A DNA stretch of 64,000 nucleotides from Cyanidioschyzon merolae (taxonomy: Eukaryota), in the NCBI GenBank assembly GCA_000091205.1, contig AP006500.2; one strand, 5' to 3'. Below are positions 9,430 through 18,662 of this stretch, one piece after another (within the stretch, counting starts at the first letter, position 1; each line of letters begins with the position of its first letter). Under the pieces are notes generated by a model. That model saw nothing but the letters and a program-made list of their open reading frames with translations, did not search any database and was not told the DNA's origin. Both the position numbers and the translations under genes were made by a program.

Positions 9430-11442
9430 ATGGAAAACTTCAAAACTCAGCGTCTCGGGGGTCAGGGTTCGCAACAGACCTCGGGAGAAACTGGCACTGC
9501 GACTACTGGCAGAAGGCGCACGGTGCGTCGCAAACGGGGCACTAGCGGTGCCACAGTGCGTCGGCCGGTGCGAGCGAAAGGAGCGCACGACGTGCAACAC
9601 CCAGCCGCTGCGTCGAGCTCGGAGAGCACTGCTCACAGGGATTCTTGGCATGGTCCGGAAGATGAGCATCCAAAGGGAGTGCTGGGCGCGACGCAGTCGA
9701 CCAAAAAAACCGTCGTGACTTACGAAACCAAGTTGGCGGCAAGCTTCGAAGAGCACCAGTCCCCGGCGCGTGTGCCTGTCGGACCGGCACAAACGCCCAC
9801 GAACGAGGCGGGAAGCGCGAGCGGAACCATGCCATTGTCACCACAGCAAACTACGGTGACACTGGGCACACCCAAGGGAGATCCCATGGCTCGGGCGCTG
9901 GCGCGCTGCAAGTCACCGGAGCGTCGTGGCCCCAGAACACCGCGGACTATCGAGCCAGCTCTGTCTGGCGAGCGCATAGGCGAGAATGCCCGGGCGGAGC
10001 AGGTGCCCAAGGCTCCGCACCGCGACGCCTTTTACGAAAAGGGAGCTGCATCTGTTGCGCATGAGCATTCAGAGACATCCGTTCCGGCAGAGGCGCCGAG
10101 CACAACTGATCTAAGTACCCAATCCACTATCAGCGTCGTCTCTCAAGCGGAAGGACCCAAAAAGCGCGTCCGAAAAAAGCAGAGACATGGACAAGAGCCG
10201 AAGAATGGTAGGATGTCTGCGAGCCGCCAAAAGCATGCGCATGCCAGTACGGATGGTGGTGCGCCTGAAGCTGCCACAAGTTCGCTTCTGTCGCGAACAG
10301 CGCTTACGGTGAGTCCTTCCCGCGGGAAAACTGAGCATGCTGCAGAAAGCATCAAGAAAGAGACAGCAATTAGGGGTGCAACAGCGAGCAAGGTCCAGGA
10401 GGATAATCGGCGATCGGCCTTTGCGAGCAGCGACAAAGTGGGGCAAGAAGAAAAGGATTCAGCGGAAAGGCGTCCAACTCGCCTCGGGCACGTGTCGAAG
10501 AAGAGCGTAGCCACGGGCGCGAATGCGCCTATTGCAGACACCAAATCGGTATCGCCACCACTGCACCAACTGAGTGCTACAGACAAGGAGCGCTTCCATG
10601 CCCCGGAAACCGGGTTTGCGTCTACGACTAGCAGGCGCGAGTCGCAGACTGCATCAGAGTTGCAAAAGCACCAAATGTCTATGAAAGATGCGCATGCAAG
10701 CAGCGAGCGCAACGAACCGTCACGGAAGAAGCGGGCCGCTGCGCTGTTACAACCCGCTGCGCTCGAGACAGACGCGCAATCGGGTACAAAGCACAGTAGC
10801 CCCTATCGAACAGCGGCATCAGCGCCGACGATAGAAACTAGACAGAAAACGAAGCGCCCTGTAGACTCGAAACCAGCGCTGGAACCTGCAATGCCGCTGA
10901 AGAGACCAGCCTCTGAACCAGCTGGTGTCGACACGGACCCCAGACACCATCGCTCAGCAGAGGCGACTGTAGCGCAGCTGCCAGCCGAGCGTCGTGGTAC
11001 GAGGCGCGTCCCAGCGAAGCGAGATGCCACCACCGAAGCCCAGCCTGCACCCCCGTCTCTGGATCACGATGCAGCTGAGCGCCTTGGTGACATACGTTTC
11101 AACGATCAGTGGAATTTATTTTTCGATCATGACAAGGGGCGATTTTATCCGGTCCATTTCGCCATTCATCCGAACGCGGCTGACGCTGCAGCCATGCACG
11201 CTGAAATTGAAAACAACGCCACTTTACAGCAAGAGCTCCGTGAGCTCGTTTTCACTATCTGTCGCCTGCCGGTTTTGCCGCCACGATGTATTTTGACCCC
11301 CTCCATGCTTGTTGAAATTGTCTTGGAGGACAGAGCCGATCTGCGCGGCTTGCTTGCTGGCAAATATGCGCTCTGGCGCGGCGATGTACCCGTATTGCCG
11401 GACAAGTTCTGGTACACATTTCTTATTCAAAAACTGCTCTGA
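9430..11442 (+). CDS. Hypothetical protein, long Ser/Ala/Thr/Lys-rich disordered region with a conserved-looking ~120-aa C-terminal domain.
   Basis: 690-aa open frame (track 9367..11442 from GTG; first ATG at 9430). The C-terminus (DIRFNDQWNLFFDHDKGRFYPVHFAIHPNAADAAAMHAEI...LPDKFWYTFLIQKLL) is non-repetitive and globular-looking. No family recognised. Confidence 0.5.
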   Translation: MENFKTQRLGGQGSQQTSGETGTATTGRRRTVRRKRGTSGATVRRPVRAKGAHDVQHPAAASSSESTAHRDSWHGPEDEHPKGVLGATQSTKKTVVTYETKLAASFEEHQSPARVPVGPAQTPTNEAGSASGTMPLSPQQTTVTLGTPKGDPMARALARCKSPERRGPRTPRTIEPALSGERIGENARAEQVPKAPHRDAFYEKGAASVAHEHSETSVPAEAPSTTDLSTQSTISVVSQAEGPKKRVRKKQRHGQEPKNGRMSASRQKHAHASTDGGAPEAATSSLLSRTALTVSPSRGKTEHAAESIKKETAIRGATASKVQEDNRRSAFASSDKVGQEEKDSAERRPTRLGHVSKKSVATGANAPIADTKSVSPPLHQLSATDKERFHAPETGFASTTSRRESQTASELQKHQMSMKDAHASSERNEPSRKKRAAALLQPAALETDAQSGTKHSSPYRTAASAPTIETRQKTKRPVDSKPALEPAMPLKRPASEPAGVDTDPRHHRSAEATVAQLPAERRGTRRVPAKRDATTEAQPAPPSLDHDAAERLGDIRFNDQWNLFFDHDKGRFYPVHFAIHPNAADAAAMHAEIENNATLQQELRELVFTICRLPVLPPRCILTPSMLVEIVLEDRADLRGLLAGKYALWRGDVPVLPDKFWYTFLIQKLL

Positions 11443-11821
11443 GCTGACGTGCACGTTGATGTTGTCGTACTTGCACCGCCACTGCTGGTCTCTGGTGATG
11501 CATTCCGCATCGACTATACGTGAGGATACAGACGACGACGTGGACACGCATGGAGTGCATTTTTCTCCCGTCAGCGCCTCCCAGAGGCAAGACTGTTCCG
11601 AACTCGCCGTCGTTGCCTGCGCTTGGAGTGCAGCGAGCTCCAGCCGCTGCGTGCTCAGGCTCTGAGACGTTCCGCACTGTGAATCGATTGCATACGGTAC
11701 GCAGACCGACCACTGCAGCTGAGTACGGACGCGATGTTCGGGAACGCGGAAGCATTCGCAGCGATCCCCACGATGCTAGAGCGACCGGTTGCGTCCGTGC
11801 TCGGGATGTTGTCGTCTCGGC

Positions 11822-12412
11822 TCATGTATTGTCGGGCGCAGGTGGTACCGACTTGGAGTCCCCGATGGGTAACTGCTCCTTTCGGAAGCTGCACGGCAGG
11901 AGCGCCTCTAGCGACGACACGAGGTATCGACACCGCTGGGCACCGCTCGCTGAGGCGTCAGCAACGTCTTCCCAGGTATTCGTGTGCAAGCTAACGAGAA
12001 CAAGTTCAGCTTCGGGAGCTGCATGCTCAGCGAGCACCTGTCGACACGCTCCGCACGGATAACAGACCCCGACGCTGTCTCCCTGAACGCCACGAACCCT
12101 GGGCGCACACACCGCAACACAAACAATACGAACTTGGTCTGTTCGCCCTCGCGCTGTCCAGCTGGACGTGCAGCTCGCATAGAGGTTGCCAACTGCAACC
12201 CTCTCCGCACACATACTTAAACCATAGGATGCGTTTTCGACGTTGCAACCGCTGGCGACGACACCGTCGCTTGTAGCAACGGCAGCACCCACGGGAAACT
12301 TGCTGTAAGGAGCATACGCTCGAGAAGCAGCCTCCAACGCAGTTTGCACGGTTACCTGCTGCAGCTCCGTGAGCTGATCGAAGCGGAGCAGTCCAGAACC
12401 CATCGCATGCAA
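11822..12412 (-). CDS. CDA: Cytidine deaminase.
   Basis: Zinc-binding CDA signature: ...YAPYSKFPVGAAVATSDGVVASGCNVENASYGLSMCAERVAVGNL... (H/C-A-E motif) and ...CYPCGACRQVLAEH (PCxxC motif). The ~190-aa size fits. Confidence 0.8.
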   Translation of the reverse strand: MHAMGSGLLRFDQLTELQQVTVQTALEAASRAYAPYSKFPVGAAVATSDGVVASGCNVENASYGLSMCAERVAVGNLYASCTSSWTARGRTDQVRIVCVAVCAPRVRGVQGDSVGVCYPCGACRQVLAEHAAPEAELVLVSLHTNTWEDVADASASGAQRCRYLVSSLEALLPCSFRKEQLPIGDSKSVPPAPDNT

Positions 12413-12654
12413 AAGCGCTCTCTTCTGAATCTGTTTGCTCCGTGAAACGAACCCACTTCCTCCAGGAGCGCGAGTGCAGCCCGTTTTACCGGACGCCGAG
12501 GTACGTGGTCCTCCACCGATACGTAGGTGTTCCGCCAGCCCTTGGTCTGTGGTGCCGACACCGCCCTATCGGCCCACGGAGAACAGGTGCTTCATGTATT
12601 CACTGGAACATGTTCGAGTTCCACGTCGCAGTCGTCGCGTGCACGGCCTCGGCA

Positions 12655-12672
12655 GTGCTGCTGCTGCTGCTG
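12655..12672. repeat. (CTG)n microsatellite, 5-6 copies.
   Basis: gctgctgctgctgctg. Confidence 0.6.
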
Positions 12673-13039
12673 ACGACATGTAGCGATGATGTTTCTATCA
12701 CCAGAACGTTTTGACGGATTCCGAATTGCCAAGGACACGACGGATATCGGCGACCGGGAACGCGTTAACCAGTTCGTAGGATACTTTTCGGTCCCGCGTG
12801 CAGCAGTCGTAGAAGGTAAGCGTGGAGCCCTGAGTTGCTTGCTCTGTTCCTGTCTTTCGATTCTTTCCGAATTTGGTTTAGAGATACGGGTTCGATAGTC
12901 ACAGCGCAGCAATTAGGGCTTACGGATTCATCTAGACTCTGCGGATTCTCTGTCGGGTTTCCAGAGGGGCTTTTCCGACGCTTTGCCACTGGCGTTCTTG
13001 ACTTTACTAGAGTCGAGATGATTCGTGGCAATTGCGAAC

Positions 13040-13790
13040 ACGGGTTCGTATCGTAAAAGGTACCAATGTCCGATGCATGCGTACAAGCCTGGACTCTTCG
13101 CAGTACCGTACGTGTCGCGTGTTCAAAGCATGCATTCGTCGAGTATTCGATGTTTGCGTTGCAAGGGAACTCGTGGGTACTGCAACACGCGCCCCCAGAT
13201 GTCCAACGTAAAGACTCGACATCGTCCATTGACGAATTGATCACAAGCTCGTTCCAGAAACTGCAAGAACTTGTCAAATGAACGATTTCACTCGAAAGAA
13301 AAAATTTTCTTCTCTTTAATGTCATCAATGATGCGGCATTTTTTGCTGCAATTGGGTAATTTGTACGGGATGAGTCGCTGGATTTTCCCGTCTCTTCTGT
13401 TTGCATGGAAAATTGTCAAGAATTTGGAATTCATCCACCACAACAAGCGCATCTTGGAGAGCGTGCGTCAGCGCTTCGCACGAAAGGAGCGTGGAAACAT
13501 CGATATTTCTCGATTCGATCCCCAGCCTGGATCTCGTTTCCGATACTCGTTTCATCACGTACAACACCGCGCTCTGGGAATCCTTGATCACGTGAAACAA
13601 CCTGCGCTCGCAAGTGATGCGGACAGCCTACCCGCCCTGGAGATCGCCTCTCACAAGGCCGTGATCCTTCGGTACGGCACCGCGCACAGCAACGGAAGAG
13701 TGCGTCGAAGAGCACCCTCTGTAGCTGTCAAACACCTGCGCAACGCGATGAGGCGAACCTTCACGTACCACCGGGCGGTGCTCTGACGAA
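13040..13790 (+). repeat. Dispersed repeat family, copy A (about 0.75 kb; related copies at ~26620-27330(+) and ~48800-49520(-)).
   Basis: Shared sequence blocks with the other two copies, e.g. 'caagggaactcgtgggta' (18/18 identical to copy C), 'ttgatcacaagctcgt' (shared with copy B) and 'atgcgtacaagc'. Colinear similarity of translated ORFs: A 13271..13786(+), B 26888..27208(+) and C 48808..49098(-) share R(H/Q)RFxRxERxxI(E/D)IxR...RF.Y.FHH.QH...IL. Boundaries are approximate. Confidence 0.6.
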
Positions 13791-14127
13791 GAGGTATCCT
13801 AGCCATATGGGAACACCTGACCACTGTCAAGTGTCATCGATGCGAACATATACTGAGGCTGCATACAAACGAGATGAACTTAGAAGGCGACGTGTACATG
13901 ACGACTTTCATCCGTTCATCAGGTGCGTCATTAATAGCCAGCAGCGGCGTCATCGGGACTCGAATGCTGTCATCAACACGTTTCGACTTCGGACAGCAGC
14001 GCTGAACGGAAAGGAGTCAACTGCGAATATATATCGCTGAGGATAAGAGCAAGCAAATTTAAGCAGTCACAGAAAAAGCCTACAAAAACTTGTACATATG
14101 GCAGTAAGAAGAGACCCAAACGTTTGA

Positions 14128-15366
14128 GTGTACACCAGAGTTAGGAATCTCCTTCCGTTGTACGCGGAGCAGGGGATCTGTGCCCGCTTCGTGCAGCCGG
14201 CGATCCGACGACGCCCGTGGAGCGCCCCGCCGTCGCGCCCGCGCGTCGATCGCACGCGACAAGGCGCTGCGCTGGGGCGGCACCTGCGCTCAGCGACACC
14301 CGAATTCCAAGACTCGGAAATACTTCTGCTACTGCAACTGTTACTGCATCAGCGAGGTGCTATGGGAGCTATGGAACGCACGCCGGGTGCATTCATCACA
14401 ACTTGGAGCAGCCGATTGAACGTCTCGGTTAGGAGCTTCCGAGGCGCACCAGCGGCGAATACACTCGATGTTCGCCGCGGCAACAGCGAGCGAGAGCGCT
14501 TCATTCTTGCGCAGCCGCCACTACGTCCAGCAAGACGTGTGCAACCTATCCGGGACTGGCGTGACCAACGCCCAGCAACCGTTAAAGAACAGCGCTCGCG
14601 GGCGCTCAGCACTGTCGCATCGCTTAGCGTCGGAGACGTCACACTTGAACACGTTGGCGCTGAAGGCACGACTTCCTATCGCGTTTATCTGCGAGTGGCA
14701 CGCGGCGACCGTCTTGAGCGCATCTCGCCGTGGCATGACCTGCCGCTATTCCCACGTGGCAACGCAGAAACGCTTCTTTTCGTAAATGAAATTCCGAAAG
14801 GCACCCGTGCTAAGATGGAAATCGCAAAAGATGAACCACAGAACCCAATTAAACAGGACACGAAAAAAGGCGCTCTGCGTTTCTACGAATACGGACCTTC
14901 GCTGATCAACTACGGTGCGCTACCGCAAACCTGGGAGGATCCTGCTGTCGTGCACACCGAGAGCGGATGCAGTGGCGACAATGACCCGCTGGATGTTATC
15001 GAGATTGGATCACAGGCCATGCCGACTGGGGCGGTGTACGAAGTGAAGCCTTTAGGGATGCTCGGCTTGATCGATAGCGGCGAATTAGACTGGAAGTTGA
15101 TCGCTATCCGTACGGAAGATCCGAAAGCCGCTCTCATTCAAGGTCTCTCCGATATGGAAGAGCACTTTCCTAACCTTCTTCACCAAGTTCGTGAGTGGTT
15201 CCGCCTCTACAAAACCGCAGAGGGTAAGGGCGAGAATACCTACGCGTACAATGGGAAGGCCCTAGACGTGTCGTTTGCGCTGCAGATCGTACGCGAGGCC
15301 CACGAGAACTGGCGCAAGCTGAAGAGTGGTGAACGCGCAAATACTGAGCAGCTCGCCCTGTCATAA
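14128..15366 (+). CDS. Soluble inorganic pyrophosphatase (family I); likely true start at the ATG at 14362.
   Basis: ...SVGDVTLEHVGAEGTTSYRVYL...ISPWHDLPLF...DNDPLDVIEIGS... (canonical D-x-D-P-x-D active-site block) ...KLIAIRTEDP.... The first 78 codons of the track ORF are unrelated, low-complexity and probably not translated, or form a targeting extension. Confidence 0.85.
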   Translation: MYTRVRNLLPLYAEQGICARFVQPAIRRRPWSAPPSRPRVDRTRQGAALGRHLRSATPEFQDSEILLLLQLLLHQRGAMGAMERTPGAFITTWSSRLNVSVRSFRGAPAANTLDVRRGNSERERFILAQPPLRPARRVQPIRDWRDQRPATVKEQRSRALSTVASLSVGDVTLEHVGAEGTTSYRVYLRVARGDRLERISPWHDLPLFPRGNAETLLFVNEIPKGTRAKMEIAKDEPQNPIKQDTKKGALRFYEYGPSLINYGALPQTWEDPAVVHTESGCSGDNDPLDVIEIGSQAMPTGAVYEVKPLGMLGLIDSGELDWKLIAIRTEDPKAALIQGLSDMEEHFPNLLHQVREWFRLYKTAEGKGENTYAYNGKALDVSFALQIVREAHENWRKLKSGERANTEQLALS

Positions 15367-15589
15367 ACGCAGAAATCGAGGCGGATGCGAGCAGGGCATG
15401 CAATGCTTTTCTTGGTTGACGGGGTTCTGAGTGGGTTTCCTCCGATCACTGGCGTTCGCGCACCTATGCCGCACAAAAGCAAGCATCTTTTCGCCAACGA
15501 TGCCACGGTGCATCCGGTGCTGTTACAGAACCCGGGTGCCGGTAGACACTGTAGCTGCCTTCTGTGGCAACCCCTGATTCACAAAATCG

Positions 15590-16678
15590 TCAACGGTTCA
15601 GTGAGACGCTGCTGTCGACGGCTTTGTTGCGATCATTACCATCATCATTACCGTCGTCGTCGTCGTCGTTGGCTCGTGCACCGGGCAGCGTGTCGGGTGC
15701 AAAGCCACCTTGCTTGAGACTATATACAATTTTCTCCCGCTTGATCTGCTCCCGCACATCCTTTGGCAAACAGAAAAGCCCCGTAAACGATATGCCATCC
15801 AAAGTGCGCAGCGCTGCCTCCCCGAGACGTTCCGTAATCAGCCGCTCCACTGCCTCGACAGCAGCATCTCCGTGTACAACCAGCGGTTTATCGCTGGCGA
15901 CTGCAAAACCCTGCGGACTCCCGTAGGAAGGAATGAACGCCTGGAACGGATACACCGAAGCGAAGACGGCTTGCAACGTCTTCACGATGCGCGGATGCAT
16001 TGGTGACTCGTTGAGGCTTGTCGGACCCGCCTGGGTGACGAAAACGCCATCATGGTGCAGTCGGCCTTTCACCGCTAGGAAAAATTCTCGTGTAAACAGC
16101 GCCAGACTAGGACCGTGCTCCAGTGGATCCGTCAGATCGCTCAAAATCACGTCGTACTGGTCAGTGCTTTTCTGCACAAATGCCCAGGCGTCGGTTGCGT
16201 GCACCTTCACCCGCGGGTCATGAAGCGAGCCGTGATGAATCACGCTCAAGTGCTTCTTACATGCCTGGATGACCTGATCATCAATATCGACGATATCGAT
16301 TCGTTGAATCGTATCCCATTTGAGTAGCTCACGCGCTGCACCGCCATCGCCGCCTCCGAGAATGAGTACGTTTTTCGGGGAACCGTGCAGTAGACACGGC
16401 ACGTGACACAGCGGCTCATGGTAGAGCGCCTCGTCACCCGATGTACACTGCAGTTTACCGTCGAGAAAAAGAGCTTTCCCGTAGGTACCAATATCCGCTA
16501 TGACGAGGTCCTGGTAAGCGGTGGACTCGACGACGTCTACGCGGCGCACGCCGTGCTGGTACACGTCAAACGGCGTGATATACTCGGAGAACCACAGGTC
16601 CGCCTTGACTTGTGCACCTGGCATTTTCCGGTGGCAAATGCGCTGCGCACCTGTAGGCTCCGCTCCAGAGCGTTGCAC
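15590..16678 (-). CDS. Spermidine synthase (aminopropyltransferase) with an acidic poly-Asp C-terminal tail.
   Basis: ...YHEPLCHVPCLLHGSPKNVLILGGGDGGAARELLKWDTIQRIDIVDIDDQVIQACKKHL...DPRVKVHATDAWAFV...YDVILSDLTDP... (GGGDGG plus the spermidine synthase tetramer/active-site blocks). The C-terminus ...ANDDDDDGNDDGNDRN is encoded by a (CGT)n tract at 15651-15669. Confidence 0.9.
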   Translation of the reverse strand: MQRSGAEPTGAQRICHRKMPGAQVKADLWFSEYITPFDVYQHGVRRVDVVESTAYQDLVIADIGTYGKALFLDGKLQCTSGDEALYHEPLCHVPCLLHGSPKNVLILGGGDGGAARELLKWDTIQRIDIVDIDDQVIQACKKHLSVIHHGSLHDPRVKVHATDAWAFVQKSTDQYDVILSDLTDPLEHGPSLALFTREFFLAVKGRLHHDGVFVTQAGPTSLNESPMHPRIVKTLQAVFASVYPFQAFIPSYGSPQGFAVASDKPLVVHGDAAVEAVERLITERLGEAALRTLDGISFTGLFCLPKDVREQIKREKIVYSLKQGGFAPDTLPGARANDDDDDGNDDGNDRNKAVDSSVSLNR

Positions 16679-17009
16679 CTTCGAACGAATGCCGTTGCGA
16701 GCTCGCGCACTGCAGCAGGAACTGGGCCCACAGGTCGCAGATGCCGTTTCAGTCCCGCTCGCGTCAGAGTGTCAAGCCTAAATTTATCTTGATGCTCTCT
16801 ATGAAAAGCCAGATCTATACAGATAAGGCGTACCTGTGCCCTATCCTGGCGTACTACCCCCGTGTTGAACGCAGCAGAGGCGTGCACTCGTGTCGATGCC
16901 CGCGAGTGCCAGCGGCGGGCGCCGGCGTCGTCGACCCGCTCTCGCAGATCGTTTCGCTGCACTGCGGTGTGGCGACACAGCGTGCAACACACCATGAGAA
17001 CATCATTAT

Positions 17010-17635
17010 GAACACGAACTTGAACAACACTTGTCACGAATTGGTGTGTGTATGTGTTCAGGATGCCAAAGCATCGATCGCACTGATGTATGAACACGAA
17101 CTTGAACATCACTTGTTACGAATTGGTGTGTGTGTGTGTTCAGGATGCCAAAGCATCGGTATGAACACGAACTTGAACAACACTTGTTACGAATTGGTGT
17201 GTGTGTGTGTTCAGGATGCCAAAGCATCGATCGCACTGATGTATGAACACGAACTTGAACATCACTTGTTACGAATTGGTGTGTGTGTGTGTTCAGGATG
17301 CCAAAGCATCGATCGCACTGATGTATGAACACGAACTTGAACATCACTTGTCACGAATTGGTGTGTGTGTGTGTTCAGGATGCCAAAGCATCGATCGCAC
17401 TGATGTATGAACACGAACTTGAACATCACTTGTCACGAATTGGTGTGTGTGTGTGTTCAAGATGCCAAAGCATCGGTATGAACACGAACTTGAACAACAC
17501 TTGTTACGAATTGGTGCGTGTGTGTGTTCAGGATGCCAAAGCATCGGTATGAACACGAACTTGAACAACACTTGTTACGAATTGGTGTGTGTGTGTATGT
17601 GTTCAGGATGCCAAAGCATCGATCGCACCGATTAC
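17010..17635. repeat. Minisatellite with 8 tandem copies of a 71-bp / 82-bp unit, each containing an internal (GT)5-8 run.
   Basis: Unit 'tgaacacgaacttgaaca(a/t)cacttgt(c/t)acgaattggtgtgtgtgtgtgttcaggatgccaaagcatcg' with or without the 11-13-bp extension 'atcgcactgatgta'. Copy starts at 17010, 17091, 17162, 17244, 17326, 17408, 17479 and 17550. It lies in the divergent spacer upstream of the spermidine synthase start (16678). Track ORFs in 16741..17748 are repeat translations, not genes. Confidence 0.85.
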
Positions 17636-18662
17636 GAGGCGAAAATGATTTCAGGGCAAAGTCGCATCTTTTCGAGGTAACCCCGTATGCTGGATGCCCC
17701 ATTGTGCGACTGCACCTGTTCACAGCTCTATCGATCGTTCTCGTCTAGGCCTGTGCTGCTCCCGGCAGAGCAGCTGCTTCGCATGCCGCCATTTCGGGAC
17801 CTACAGCATACACCCAGCGAGCGATGGCTCTTCTGGGTGCAACACCTCCGAACGACGCTTGTAACGTTGGGATCGTGTATGCGCAGAATGCATCCCAGAT
17901 GCATAGATCGTGTTCGCCTTGTGTGGACCATTCGTCAAGCGCAGCGTCGTGTAGCCACACCACACCCCGATCAGGCGAGTGCGCATACCACCAAACCTCC
18001 GCAGCGCAACGCTGTGCGCACCAGAGACGTACACCGGGGAGACGAACGCGCGCCCTGCACTGTTGCAGCGACCCTAGTGCGCGGATATGGGGCTTTGCTC
18101 GGGCTCGCGCATCGACCGGAGCGCCCCGATGTGTCTGGATCATGCCCTTGACCAGGCACTAGACTGGGTCCTAGAGCAGGTACGCATTCTTTGTTTACAG
18201 GGGCCGACTCAAGTTACCCGCGGATGCGCGTGTCCAGACTGCAGCTGGCACTCTGAGGCTGCCCCAGTTCCACGGCAGACGTATCAAGTCCCAATGACAT
18301 GAGAGAAAAACGGGCGCACGCAGTGAACACCACCGAGATCGGTATCGCGGATATCCGATCGCCAGGCCAACAGCGGCTCTCTCTCGCTCTAAAGCGGCGA
18401 CAGAACGGCCTTGGGATGCCTTCACGGACGTCGACGTCAGGAGAGACGCTCCGTTTCAGCGTCCACAGCGGAGCGCGGCTGCGAGGCGGTATGGCTTGCG
18501 CGCGCCGTCGCCGCAAGGACGTTACGAATTTGATTTCCCCTTGAACTTGTAGTTCACGAGTAAGCACGGTATTCTCAGTGTTACTCGAACTGCTCTTGAG
18601 CGTGTAGTTGACTAGGAGGGCGTGAACCCTGACACTCATATTATTTCCATTTCAACGTTTAC

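Noticed and set aside
12765-13406. 213-aa minus-strand ORF spanning the start of repeat copy A.
   Set aside because: It overlaps the dispersed repeat and has low-complexity sequence with no homology signal. It is likely spurious.
11822-16678. Reading the window as a prokaryotic accessory or defense island, because Hsp33, BolA, CDA, MtnA and SpeE are bacterial-type families.
   Set aside because: Gene content points to a eukaryote: DDB1, ERH, Rrp9/U3-55K, Sly1, Arp, SPO11, CMC1 and a LINE RT. So do the polyQ microsatellites, the long 5' leaders and the 1-2-kb intergenic spacers with alternating gene strands. The bacterial-type enzymes are ordinary eukaryotic housekeeping orthologues.
16741-17748. 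Series of 70-190-aa ORFs on both strands with repeated peptide motifs (CVCVQDAKASIALMYEHELEHHLL...).
   Set aside because: They are translations of the 71/82-bp minisatellite. The periodic identical peptides on both strands are an artefact.
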